64,000 nucleotides of DNA from Acutalibacteraceae bacterium (GCA_045577695.1 JAZNIW010000002.1:205-64204), one strand, 5' to 3'. Positions 1 to 8,909 are shown, counted from the first letter of the stretch. A program made the numbers and translations. The notes: generated by a model not told the origin, from the letters alone.

Positions 1-486
1 AGCGCCGTTACCTTTCAGTACACGGAAAACCAAGGTGTGGTCTACCGCAGTAGCACCGGTGGTAAAGGTCAGTTTGGAAGATCCATCTCCCGGAGTGGCT
101 TTTACTAGGAAGGGGGTGGAATCGGTGTCGACCCATTGACCGTTTATCCAAGCAGGAGCGCCGGCAACGATACCGGACAAGCCTTCTTGCCACGTACCAC
201 CGTTTACGGTGCTTTCGTAATCAAAGGTCAGGGTGTACATCGTGTTTGCCGCCAAGCCTTTAATGCTGGTGTAAACACTGTGGTTGTCGTCAGCAATAGA
301 CTGCGGAATCGTAACGGAACCGTCACCGGCCGCATTGTCTATGGGTGCTCCGGTGCTTTTGCTCGTCCACACGCCATCGGCAATTTCATCGCCGGTAGGA
401 ATGGCGAAGGCCGATTGCATTGTGAGACAGGAAACCGTTGTGAACAACAGCACCACTGACAACAGGATGGATAATAACTTTTTCAA
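1..486 (-). CDS. secreted CBM-like repeat protein, N-terminal part only (gene runs off left window edge); paralog of 745..2187
   Basis: Not in the ORF track. The minus-strand frame is open from TTG at 486 (GGAGG at 495-499, 8-nt spacer) down to position 1. It translates MKKLLSILLSVVLLFTTVSCLTMQSAFA-IPTGDEIADGVWTS...IKGLAANTMYTLTFDYE...LVFRVLKGNG: a signal peptide followed by the same module found twice in the neighbouring gene. Confidence 0.6.
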   Translation of the reverse strand, partial: MKKLLSILLSVVLLFTTVSCLTMQSAFAIPTGDEIADGVWTSKSTGAPIDNAAGDGSVTIPQSIADDNHSVYTSIKGLAANTMYTLTFDYESTVNGGTWQEGLSGIVAGAPAWINGQWVDTDSTPFLVKATPGDGSSKLTFTTGATAVDHTLVFRVLKGNGA

Positions 487-671
487 TTTGTTTACCTCCA
501 TTCTGGATGGTGAATTTTTTGTTTCACTACCTTGGGGCAGTAAAACGATATGACCTTTGTAGGGGCCATTCACAACCCACCGAATTATTTCAATTTCCCG
601 TGGGTTGCTTTTTGAAATAAAGGTGACTAATGAATCACCCCTACAAGAAGTACCGAAATAATGTTTTGGTT

Positions 672-703
672 CGATACGGGCGGCGGTAAAACCGCCCGTA
701 TCG
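672..703 (-). terminator. strong hairpin downstream of 745..2187 (terminator or RNA-stabilising stem)
   Basis: Perfect 12-bp GC-rich stem CGATACGGGCGG / CCGCCCGTATCG with an 8-nt loop, about 40 nt after the stop codon. The U-tract on the minus strand is weak. Confidence 0.5.
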
Positions 704-744
704 ATTTTCTACGTAATTCAAGCGAAATCGAAAACCTTTATACC

Positions 745-2187
745 TTATTCTGCCAACCAAGCCTCATAAGCGGCACGGATAACACCGTCATTGGCATCCA
801 AAATATTGTTTACGATCAATTGATCTGCTTCAGAACCTTTGGAAAGAATACCCTTCATTACATCGTAGATGCAGTAGGTGTTGGTAGTGCCGTAAATAAC
901 GGTACCATCGGCCAACTTAACGTAAGAACGTACCGACATATCTACATTGTATTGACTGGGTTGCAAGCCGGTCAAAGCGGCCGACATAGTAGAGTAGTTG
1001 CTATCCTCGCTAAAGAACTTGCGAACCGCACCGTTGTCACCATAGGCAACGCCATTCTTTGCTCCATCGGTTTCAAGGGTGAGTTCACCGTCTACCTTAG
1101 CAGCAACAGCGGCAACCATACCAACTTCGGCAACGGCTTTTCCATTGACGCCGTTGGTCAACATCGATTTATCGATGGCTTCAATGAAGCGGAGACCTTG
1201 TTTCGTTTCAGCACTGGCGGCGCGAATGGAGGTTCCGACAAACTCGTAAACCGCAGTCTTAGAAAGAACGAAGTTAGAAAGGGTAAAGGTGCTGATATTA
1301 TTTTGACGAAGCATTACCGTGTAATCGCCAGCCGCATCGGTAGTAAAGCGGATGGTGATGATTTCATCGGTGTGGGTGGCAGTGTAGTCGTAAGAAGCAA
1401 CCTTCTCGGAAGTGAGGGTATCGCCATCAAAGGTGGGAGTGCTACCCGCTACTACAGCCGAAGTGTTAGCCAGCAAATAGAAGTTTTCGCCGGCATTGTG
1501 GGTCATTGTCAAGGTGTAAGTGGTTTTTGCATCCAAACCGGCAATCGTGGTGTATAACCATTGATAGTTTGCACTCGTAACGTTAATCGCATTGCTACTA
1601 ACGGTATGGTCAGCCCCACGGTCGAACCATGTGCCGTTCACTACAGCGTTACCGGCAATTTCTTCGGGAGTGGGAGGTGCCACTTCCGTCAGACAGAAGT
1701 TGCTAAGAGTAGTTGTCCCCCCATTGATGACACGGAATAAAAGGGAGTAATCCGTAACATCGGTAGTAGTGAATTCAATGGTATAGGTCGAACCGTTTAA
1801 GGTCGGTGTGCCCAACATAGGGTTAACGCTTCTCTCAATATAATTATAATGCGGCTCGGCCCAAGTGAGGGATGTTCCGGCCACCACGCCGGAAACCGAT
1901 TGGTGCAAATCGGTACCTACTTTGTCGAAGGTTAATGTATAGTTCGTGTTGGGTTTCAACCCTTTTATAAAAGTATAGGCGGTGTGGTTATTGCTGATTA
2001 CATCTGCCGGGATAGCGAAAGCGCCTTCCCCGGCCGTATCGGTATACGGCGTGTTTTTCTGCATAGAGGAAAACCATTCACCGTCGGCAATTTCATTGCC
2101 GGTGGGTACGGTAGCCGAGGCGCTACCGGTAAATACCATTGTGAGCAACATCACAACGGAAAGTAGAATTGCGAGTGACTTTTTCAT
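745..2187 (-). CDS. secreted protein with two CBM-like (jelly-roll type) modules plus a C-terminal domain of unknown function
   Basis: The track ORF is 745..2220. The ATG at 2187 (MKKSLAILLSVVMLLTMVFTGSASA, AAAGGAG upstream) gives a classical signal peptide. There are two internal modules of about 140 aa (GNEIADGEWF...IKGLKPNTNYTLTFD...LLFRVINGG and GNAVVNGTWF...IAGLDAKTTYTLTMT...VMLRQNN). Confidence 0.7.
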   Translation of the reverse strand: MKKSLAILLSVVMLLTMVFTGSASATVPTGNEIADGEWFSSMQKNTPYTDTAGEGAFAIPADVISNNHTAYTFIKGLKPNTNYTLTFDKVGTDLHQSVSGVVAGTSLTWAEPHYNYIERSVNPMLGTPTLNGSTYTIEFTTTDVTDYSLLFRVINGGTTTLSNFCLTEVAPPTPEEIAGNAVVNGTWFDRGADHTVSSNAINVTSANYQWLYTTIAGLDAKTTYTLTMTHNAGENFYLLANTSAVVAGSTPTFDGDTLTSEKVASYDYTATHTDEIITIRFTTDAAGDYTVMLRQNNISTFTLSNFVLSKTAVYEFVGTSIRAASAETKQGLRFIEAIDKSMLTNGVNGKAVAEVGMVAAVAAKVDGELTLETDGAKNGVAYGDNGAVRKFFSEDSNYSTMSAALTGLQPSQYNVDMSVRSYVKLADGTVIYGTTNTYCIYDVMKGILSKGSEADQLIVNNILDANDGVIRAAYEAWLAE

Positions 2188-2299
2188 CGTTGAAATTAGC
2201 TCCTTTCTTTTGGTGGGCAAATGATTTCATCCCCATTATTTTTCTCGAAACAAAAACAATGGGCACTTGCCTTTAAAACTAGAATAATCAGATTGGGCT

Positions 2300-3274
2300 T
2301 TATAGATGCTTGAGTAATCGCAATGCGCGCATTTGATCTTCGTCAATCGTGCCGTCGGGTTCATAGCGGATATCAAAGGTGATGATACCGCCGCGGTTAT
2401 GTACCTCATCCATATAGTCAAATAGCCAACCGGGTTTGTACTTGCAGCCTTTTCCGCCCCAACCTTCAACCTCGCAAGGGGTTTGGGCCAGGAAGGTTAA
2501 AATGTGCCAACGAGCACCGCAACCATCCATATAAGGATGGTAAGGCAATTTGCCCAAAGTAACCACTTCGCCGGCAGTATAATCATCATACTTGGCGCCG
2601 CGGCGAGGACTTAGTACGAGTTCAGCATTATCCTGATCGATACAGCTTTCAATGTTTGTTGCAATGGCTGCATCGGGGTTCCCCGCTCGGAAAGCATCGG
2701 CATAGATTTTCAGTAGTTCATGGCGATTTTTGTAATCACCAACCCACATACCATCTTGCCACCATGCTTTAACTTTTTTACCATACCGGAGGCTATATTC
2801 TCGAGCCACCTCGGCCCATTTTTCTACGAATTCTTTGGTGATGACTCGTTTTTCATCATCCCACGTATCAAAAGCTGCTTTGGCTTTTGGGTCGCGAGAA
2901 AGTCCGTCACCGGTGAAATATAACATTAGGCCGATATCATACTTATCTAGCGCTTTGATAAGTCGGTCGATGAAGTCAATGCGGGAACAAGCCTCACCCG
3001 GCTTGTAACCGGTGATTCTATCGAATGTTTCGTTGGGGGCGATCATCCAACGGTATAACTGACAAATCGTAACGCCGCACCAACCAGCGCCGATTTCATT
3101 CAATTGTGCCGCAAAATGATCCACATCAAAGGCTTCTAATCTCTTTTCCCAAGCAGTAAGCTGGGTAGGGTCATCCGAAACCTCTTCCTCAGGCAAATTA
3201 GCACCGAGTAGATGAATAAATACTCCCCATTTTCGCTCATACATCCATAATGAACGATCATTTTCTTTTGGCAT
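2300..3274 (-). CDS. cytoplasmic glycoside-hydrolase-like TIM-barrel protein (GH29 / alpha-L-fucosidase-like)
   Basis: 324-aa ORF with AAGGAGG upstream of the ATG and no signal peptide. KWGVFIHLL near the N-terminus and VKAWWQDGMW resemble the FGxFIHWG and WxDGxW motifs of GH29 barrels. The family call rests on motif memory only. Confidence 0.5.
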   Translation of the reverse strand: MPKENDRSLWMYERKWGVFIHLLGANLPEEEVSDDPTQLTAWEKRLEAFDVDHFAAQLNEIGAGWCGVTICQLYRWMIAPNETFDRITGYKPGEACSRIDFIDRLIKALDKYDIGLMLYFTGDGLSRDPKAKAAFDTWDDEKRVITKEFVEKWAEVAREYSLRYGKKVKAWWQDGMWVGDYKNRHELLKIYADAFRAGNPDAAIATNIESCIDQDNAELVLSPRRGAKYDDYTAGEVVTLGKLPYHPYMDGCGARWHILTFLAQTPCEVEGWGGKGCKYKPGWLFDYMDEVHNRGGIITFDIRYEPDGTIDEDQMRALRLLKHL

Positions 3275-3319
3275 GAGAAATTTCCTCCTTAAACATACGG
3301 GGTTTCTTTTTGCTGAAGC

Positions 3320-3421
3320 TTATTCTTCCCCTTCCATTTCAATGTCGAAAGAAACATCGTTCATTTGCTCTGTTTTTAACAGTGGCTTTACTTCAACGAT
3401 CGGGGTCTCGTAGATTTTCAT
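3320..3421 (-). CDS. candidate 33-aa acidic micro-ORF (MKIYETPIVEVKPLLKTEQMNDVSFDIEMEGEE)
   Basis: Below the track cut-off. ATG at 3421 and TAA at 3320-3322, with GAAGGAGA 13 nt upstream. It sits between the SBP gene and the GH-like gene on the same strand. No homology is recognised. Confidence 0.25.
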   Translation of the reverse strand: MKIYETPIVEVKPLLKTEQMNDVSFDIEMEGEE

Positions 3422-3665
3422 TTCTCTCTCTCATCTCCTTCTTTTTCTTAATTTAAGGATAACTCTTGCGCGCAAAAAACGGTGAAAAATCCAAACGGGT
3501 TTCCGCTTAGATTTTCGGGTTGACAAAAAGCCTTGCTCTTTGCCATATTATACTGGCATCGAGAGGGAGAAGGCCCCCTCTCGACACAGAGTATCCGATT
3601 TTAAGAACAATTTTCAGCGAACGATTTCAGCAAAACTTTTTAGGATGCTGCGTAAATTGGCGCTC

Positions 3666-5195
3666 TTATTTAGCGCGTTTCATTTTGCTGTTAACCTTTT
3701 TAATTGCGCTGTTAATGGCGCCTTTTTGAGAATTGAGTACGGTGGTAACGTTGTTGGGAGTCGAAGCTCTCAATTTTTCAGCAATATTGTCATAGCTGGT
3801 ACCAACCGTCTCTACTACGCCGTAAGCGGTAGCAAGTTTCTTTTTCGCACTGCTCTTGGTAACCAAGTTGAAAACAGTTTTGCACTGACTGTTTAAGAAA
3901 GAATTGTCATAATCGAAGTTCTTAATATCCAAATAGTAACGGAGGAAGTAAGCAGCACCTTCTACATTCTTAGCACCCTTGGCTACGCCCCAAGCTTTGG
4001 AACGGTAGGGAGTGTAAGAGGTAGCAGTGGTGGGACCGGCAACCGGAACGGCATGCACATCGAGTTTTTGTTTGGCCAAATCGGTGAAGCCCCAGTCAGA
4101 TTCTTTCCACAAACCGTAGGTGATACAAGTGTACATACCAACTTTACCACTCTTGAAGCCGGCTTGGTCGTTACCCGACATCAAACCTTCTTGGTTAAGG
4201 GTTGCAATTTCTTGCCATACCTTCGTCAACATGCTCGAACCCATATTGAGTTTGAACTGACTGCTTTTGCTGTCATAGGTTACGAAATCTTGACCGGCGG
4301 CCAACATCATAGTGTCACGCTCGTAGGTGGAAATACCGGTGTAACCTTTACCGGCCGATTTAACCTTTTGGGCGATATCGCGTTGGGTGGACCAGTTCCA
4401 CTTACCTTGTTTGTAGAGGTCATACGGCATAGTTTTTACACCGCATTCTTTCAAAATCTTGGGCACATAATACGTTACGTAGTGAACGTCGGAGTTGTTC
4501 CAAGATTTTTCCATAGCAACACCGTAGTATTTGCCATTGATCTTTGTGTTTTCCATCATTTTCTTATCCCAGCATTTATCATCCAAACGGAAGATTTCCG
4601 AATCTAAGGGTTGCATGCCGTTGATGGCAACAGAGGGGAATCTTTTACCGTCTAAGAAGATAACGTCAGGAGAGTTTTTACCGGCAATCATCGAAACCAA
4701 TTTGGTAGAATACTGCGGTTCGGTGGTTTGTACCACGGTTACTTTACAACCGGTTTTCTTTTGGAAATCTTCTACCAATTTCTTTTCGGTATCGTGGAAA
4801 GAACGCCACATCAAAATGGTGATGCCCTTTTTCTTTACCGATTCCGGCATGGTAGACAGATAGTTGGCATCCCAAGTGGATTTCTTGGCAACGGTAGAAC
4901 CGCCGTTGTTGGTGCCATTGTTGTTATTGTTGTTGGTGCCGTTGTTGGTTTGGCCCGGTTTCGAGCTGGCATCGGATTCGGTTTTGTCGCCAGATTCGGT
5001 TTTGTCGCCAGCTTCGGTTTCGTCACCGGCTTCGGTTTCGCCGCCTTGGTTGACGTCACCGCCTTCTTCCTGCTGGGAGTTGCTGGGTTGGTCAATGCTT
5101 CCGGAATTGGGGTCGCAAGCCGTGAAGCACATAACAATTGCCATCATCAGAGCAATCAGCGCCAACCAGCGTTTGTTGGTTAAAATGCTTTTCAT
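3666..5195 (-). CDS. ABC transporter substrate-binding lipoprotein (family 1 sugar-type SBP) with a long low-complexity linker
   Basis: ATG at 5195 is preceded by GGAGG. The lipobox is MCFTAC. A roughly 90-aa D/E/G/T/N-rich linker is followed by an SBP fold (ITILMWRSF...KKTGCKVTVVQ...). No permease genes are adjacent. Confidence 0.8.
   Translation of the reverse strand: MKSILTNKRWLALIALMMAIVMCFTACDPNSGSIDQPSNSQQEEGGDVNQGGETEAGDETEAGDKTESGDKTESDASSKPGQTNNGTNNNNNNGTNNGGSTVAKKSTWDANYLSTMPESVKKKGITILMWRSFHDTEKKLVEDFQKKTGCKVTVVQTTEPQYSTKLVSMIAGKNSPDVIFLDGKRFPSVAINGMQPLDSEIFRLDDKCWDKKMMENTKINGKYYGVAMEKSWNNSDVHYVTYYVPKILKECGVKTMPYDLYKQGKWNWSTQRDIAQKVKSAGKGYTGISTYERDTMMLAAGQDFVTYDSKSSQFKLNMGSSMLTKVWQEIATLNQEGLMSGNDQAGFKSGKVGMYTCITYGLWKESDWGFTDLAKQKLDVHAVPVAGPTTATSYTPYRSKAWGVAKGAKNVEGAAYFLRYYLDIKNFDYDNSFLNSQCKTVFNLVTKSSAKKKLATAYGVVETVGTSYDNIAEKLRASTPNNVTTVLNSQKGAINSAIKKVNSKMKRAK
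4977..5048 (-). repeat. 4 x 18-bp in-frame tandem repeat inside the SBP linker
   Basis: Units TTCGGTTTTGTCGCCAGA / ...AGC / TTCGGTTTCGTCACCGGC / TTCGGTTTCGCCGCCTTG encode GGETEA-GDETEA-GDKTES-GDKTES. An Asn/Gly-rich run (NNGTNNNNNNGTNNGG) lies next to it at about 4898-4950. Confidence 0.9.
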
Positions 5196-5454
5196 ATTTT
5201 TTACCTCCATAAAAATTTATCTTGAAAATGATATATAACATATCATCATTTCCCGTAAAATGGAAGCCGCAAGGCTTTTTGAGGGCATTTGCCAAAAAAG
5301 TTATATTGAAAACGGTGGGAGAGCAGGTGAAAGTTTTTCTCTCCCGCAGTAGGGAAAACATATCCATTTTTTCCTTTATTTTCAAGAGGTTTTCATTTTG
5401 AAATAAGCAAAGAAAGCCACCTTTTTAATCCTCTTTAAAAATAGCATTTTTCAC

Positions 5455-5483
5455 TTGCAATTACAAGACAAATGTGCTACAAT
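5455..5483 (+). promoter_or_regulatory. sigma-A-type promoter for the AraC-family gene
   Basis: TTGCAA (5455-5460), 17-nt spacer, TACAAT (5478-5483), with TG at -15/-14. Confidence 0.6.
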
Positions 5484-5527
5484 ATATAGACAAATTATCG
5501 TCAAACCAAAAAGGAGAAGTTTTCACT

Positions 5528-6301
5528 ATGTTTGATATTATCGACCAAAATATTTCCCGTTTTTTTACGGCGGTTCGGTACCGCGATATCGATGTGCAAA
5601 CCCACTCACACGGTAATTTAGAAATTTTAGTGGTAACCGCGGGAACCCTTACGGTAGAACTGGGAGGAAAAGCCCTTACGGTGGCGGCCGGTCAAGCCGT
5701 TTTTATCCCACCGTTTGTACCGCACGCCTTTCCTTTTACGGCGCCGCACACCCTACACGCTCTGCTGTTCACCAAAGAATTTATTCCGCCCTTTTATCAT
5801 CTGCTTAGAAAAAATACGCCTTCTCAATTCACCTTTCCCGTATCGGGTGAAACCTTATCTCTGTTAGACCGGTTTCTTCCCCGCGAGCGAGAGTGTGATA
5901 ACTATTTTTACGGTATGGCTGTATTAGGGCCGCTGATCGGTGAGCTTTTGCAACACTGCCGCCTGAAACCCAGCCAAGCACCCTTAAACGATGCCTTTTA
6001 CGAGGCACTGGCTTACATGGATGAACACGCTGCGGAACCGTTATCTCGCGATACCGTGGCCAAAGCGGTGGGAGTGCATCCCTCTACCTTGAGCGAGTGT
6101 TTTTCGCACCATATGCAAAGCAATTTCAACCAGGTGCTTAACCACATCCGTTGCTCAAACGCGGCCTTGCTGATGCAAAAAAGCGATAAATCCTTGACCG
6201 AGATTGCCTTTTCTACCGGTTTTGGCAGTATTCGCAGTTTTAATCGCGCTTTTCTGAAAACCTATGGTTCTACCCCTTCGGAATTCCGTAGGGCAAAATA
6301 G
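5528..6301 (+). CDS. AraC family transcriptional regulator (N-terminal cupin, C-terminal HTH)
   Basis: ATG at 5528 follows AAAGGAGAAG. The C-terminus LTEIAFSTGFGSIRSFNRAFLKTYGSTPSEFR is a typical AraC HTH. It is divergent from the SBP operon. Confidence 0.85.
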   Translation: MFDIIDQNISRFFTAVRYRDIDVQTHSHGNLEILVVTAGTLTVELGGKALTVAAGQAVFIPPFVPHAFPFTAPHTLHALLFTKEFIPPFYHLLRKNTPSQFTFPVSGETLSLLDRFLPRERECDNYFYGMAVLGPLIGELLQHCRLKPSQAPLNDAFYEALAYMDEHAAEPLSRDTVAKAVGVHPSTLSECFSHHMQSNFNQVLNHIRCSNAALLMQKSDKSLTEIAFSTGFGSIRSFNRAFLKTYGSTPSEFRRAK

Positions 6302-6483
6302 CACAAAAATCGACCCAAAAGTGTTCATTTTTTTATCGAATGTTTTTTCATTATAATACATACTGACCAAAATTTCAATAGTCTTTTTTTATTTTATTGT
6401 AGCTTTTTTCGAAAATAAATAACCCGTGTTATCATTTTCAATATTTTTTCACGAAAAAGTCATAAACGGTTCAAAAATTCCTC

Positions 6484-6511
6484 TTGACTTTTCTCTTTCT
6501 TATGTTACAAT
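6484..6511 (+). promoter_or_regulatory. sigma-A-type promoter of the metK leader
   Basis: TTGACT (6484-6489), 16-nt spacer, TACAAT (6506-6511), with the extended -10 TGT. Confidence 0.6.
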
Positions 6512-6537
6512 ATTCTACGAAAATTTTATAGATATTA

Positions 6538-6675
6538 TTCCTTATCGAGAGTGACGGAGGGGTCAGGCCCGTTGATGTCCGGCAACCTGTTTTTCAAGGT
6601 GCTAAATCCTGCGGCAAACGCCGAAAGATGAGGGTTTCTTTTTTAAACCACTCATTCTGCGAGTGGTTTTTTTAA
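6538..6675 (+). promoter_or_regulatory. SAM-I (S-box) riboswitch with terminator expression platform
   Basis: CTTATCGAGAGTGACGGAGGGGTCAGGCCCGTTGATGTCCGGCAACC...GGTGCTAAATCCTGCGG...AGATGAG matches the S-box core. It is followed by the hairpin AACCACTC-attctgc-GAGTGGTT and a T-run at 6646-6673, directly upstream of metK. Confidence 0.9.
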
Positions 6676-6692
6676 TGAAGGAGGAAAAAACA

Positions 6693-7874
6693 ATGGCAAA
6701 ATGGTTATTTACTTCAGAATCCGTGACCGAGGGTCACCCCGACAAAATTTGTGATAATATCTCGGATGCGGTATTGGACGCCATGCTGGCGCAAGACCCC
6801 GCCTCTCGCGTAGCTTGCGAAACCTTTTGCACCACCGGTATGGTTACCGTAATGGGAGAAATCACCACCAAAGCACAAGTGGATATTGCAAAAATTGCAC
6901 GGGAAGTGGTTTGCGACATCGGTTACGATTCCCCCGAAAAAGGCTTCGACGGGCACACCTGCGGCGTATCCATTGCGTTAGATGAACAGTCCCCCGACAT
7001 TGCGCTTGGGGTGGACCACTCGTTGGAAAATAAAAGGGGTGATGCCGATGAAGCCGGTCTACACGGCGCCGGTGACCAAGGAATGATGTTTGGCTTTGCC
7101 TGCGACGAAACGCCGGAACTGATGCCCCTGCCCATCTCACTGGCTCACCGTTTGGCCCGTCGATTGACGGCGGTGCGTAAATCGGGGGAACTCCCCTACC
7201 TATTGCCCGACGGCAAGACCCAAGTAACGGTAGAATATGAGGACGGCGCCCCTGTGCGCATTGATACGGTCGTTGTTTCTTCACAACATACAGCCGAAGT
7301 TTCGATGGAAACACTGCGGCAGGACGTTTTGGACAAAGTGATTCGCGCCGAACTTTTTGACCAACCGATGGATGAAAACACCAACATTTACATCAACCCC
7401 ACCGGCCGATTTGTGGTGGGCGGTCCGCAGGGTGATACCGGCCTTACCGGTCGTAAAATCATTGTAGATACCTACGGCGGTTACGCCAAGCACGGCGGCG
7501 GTGCCTTTTCGGGAAAAGACCCGACCAAGGTTGACCGGTCGGCCGCCTATGCGGCCCGCTGGGTAGCTAAAAATATTGTAGCGGCCGGCTTAGCCAAGCG
7601 CGCCGAAGTCCAGTTGGCCTACGCCATCGGCGTAGCCACCCCCGTTTCGGTGATGGTGGATACGGCCGGCACCGGTGTAGTGGACGACGAAAAAATTGCG
7701 ACGGCAGTAAAAAAGGTATTCGACCTTCGTCCCTACGCCATCATTCGCGATTTAAAAATGCGCCGCCCCATCTACCGCAATTTGGCAGCCTATGGCCATA
7801 TTGGCCGCACCGATTTAGACCTTGCGTGGGAACAAACCGACCGTGCCGACCAACTGAAAAAAGAACTGCTGTAA
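6693..7874 (+). CDS. metK: S-adenosylmethionine synthetase
   Basis: Motifs [13 protein letters not shown] and [19 protein letters not shown] at 6693 follows GAAGGAGGA. The track start at 6663 lies inside the riboswitch terminator. Confidence 0.97.
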   Translation: MAKWLFTSESVTEGHPDKICDNISDAVLDAMLAQDPASRVACETFCTTGMVTVMGEITTKAQVDIAKIAREVVCDIGYDSPEKGFDGHTCGVSIALDEQSPDIALGVDHSLENKRGDADEAGLHGAGDQGMMFGFACDETPELMPLPISLAHRLARRLTAVRKSGELPYLLPDGKTQVTVEYEDGAPVRIDTVVVSSQHTAEVSMETLRQDVLDKVIRAELFDQPMDENTNIYINPTGRFVVGGPQGDTGLTGRKIIVDTYGGYAKHGGGAFSGKDPTKVDRSAAYAARWVAKNIVAAGLAKRAEVQLAYAIGVATPVSVMVDTAGTGVVDDEKIATAVKKVFDLRPYAIIRDLKMRRPIYRNLAAYGHIGRTDLDLAWEQTDRADQLKKELL

Positions 7875-7894
7875 TAAAAAACAAAACCGAAAAA

Positions 7895-7935
7895 GGGAAG
7901 GTGTTACGAATGATTCGCAACACCTTCCCTTTTTT
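7895..7935. terminator. bidirectional intrinsic terminator between convergent metK and rsmI
   Basis: Stem GGGAAGGTGTT / AACACCTTCCC, flanked by an A-run on one side and a T-run on the other. Confidence 0.8.
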
Positions 7936-7966
7936 GCCTTAAAAAATAAGAAAATTGTTGTATTTT

Positions 7967-8797
7967 TCATCTATTTTCAAGCAATTCTTTATATATTTCA
8001 CTCTTTTTAAAACCGGTTTCGGCGGCGACAGCTTTGGCCGCACTCGAAAGCGAAACCCCTTCTTCCATTTGGCGGCGAGCCAATAACACTGCTTGTTCCA
8101 AGGTGAGTTGTTGCTCCCGATCGCGAGCGGCACCGGCGATGATAAGCACATATTCCCCTTTCGGCGGGGTAATGGAGAATTGTTCCAGTGCTGCCGAAAA
8201 AGTGGTGCGCCAAACCGTTTCAAACCGCTTCGTAAGTTCTTTGCAAAGGGCGATTTCGCGGTCGCCAAAGACTGCCAACATATCGGTTAAGGTGGCGATG
8301 AGTTTGTGCGGCGCCTCATAAAACAAAAGGGTGCGTGGGTCATCCTTAACGGTTTGTAGATGTTCACGACGGCTTTTTTTAGCGGTGGATAAAAATCCCT
8401 CAAAACTAAAGCGACCACTCGGCATTCCCGAAATGGCGAGGGCGGTAATCAAAGCGCTGGGCCCCGGCACCGAGCAAACCTCCACTTTGTTTTCGTGGCA
8501 AAGACGCACCAAGTCCTCCCCCGGGTCGGAGATGGCCGGCATACCGGCATCGGTAACCAATGCACAAGATTCCCCTGCTGCCAAACGCGAAAGTATGTAC
8601 TCTCCCCGCATTTTGTGATTGTGCTCATGATAGCTGACCATAGGGGTATTGATTTCAAACTTATTAAGCAATTTTAAGGTAACACGGGTATCTTCGGCGG
8701 CAATAAAATCGGCCGTGGCCAAAATTTCTTTGGCGCGGGGTGAAAAATCGTTTAAATTTCCAATGGGGGTGCCCACCACATACAAAATTCCGGCCAT
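7967..8797 (-). CDS. rsmI: 16S rRNA (cytidine1402-2'-O)-methyltransferase
   Basis: MAGILYVVGTPIGNLNDFSPRA is the tetrapyrrole-methylase-type N-terminus. I prefer ATG 8797; the track extends it to 8977. Confidence 0.85.
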   Translation of the reverse strand: MAGILYVVGTPIGNLNDFSPRAKEILATADFIAAEDTRVTLKLLNKFEINTPMVSYHEHNHKMRGEYILSRLAAGESCALVTDAGMPAISDPGEDLVRLCHENKVEVCSVPGPSALITALAISGMPSGRFSFEGFLSTAKKSRREHLQTVKDDPRTLLFYEAPHKLIATLTDMLAVFGDREIALCKELTKRFETVWRTTFSAALEQFSITPPKGEYVLIIAGAARDREQQLTLEQAVLLARRQMEEGVSLSSAAKAVAAETGFKKSEIYKELLENR

Positions 8798-8909
8798 TTC
8801 GTCCGCCGCCTTTCTCAAAAGAATCTCTTGCTTATCATACCTTTTTCCCAAATAAAAGTCAAGTCTTGGGGCGGCGACGGAAGATAGATATCTTTTATTC
8901 CGGTGTTTT

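Noticed and set aside
661-1557. 298-aa plus-strand ORF opposite the secreted CBM-like gene. Similar plus-strand ORFs at 4053..5238 lie opposite the SBP gene.
   Set aside because: The minus-strand frames carry signal peptides, lipobox, SDs and family motifs. The plus-strand frames are Gly/Val-rich mirror frames without signals.
3520-3590. TTGACA and TATTAT boxes on the plus strand, plus the hairpin TCGAGAGGG/CCCTCTCGA downstream of the SBP gene.
   Set aside because: The spacer is 20 nt and there is no plus-strand gene to serve. The hairpin lacks a U-tract on the coding (minus) strand, so neither a promoter nor a terminator call is secure.
5297-5310. cre-like sequence TGAAAACGGTGGGA in the SBP/AraC intergenic region.
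   Set aside because: It has two mismatches to the CcpA cre consensus in the right half-site, including the conserved C. That is too weak to call.
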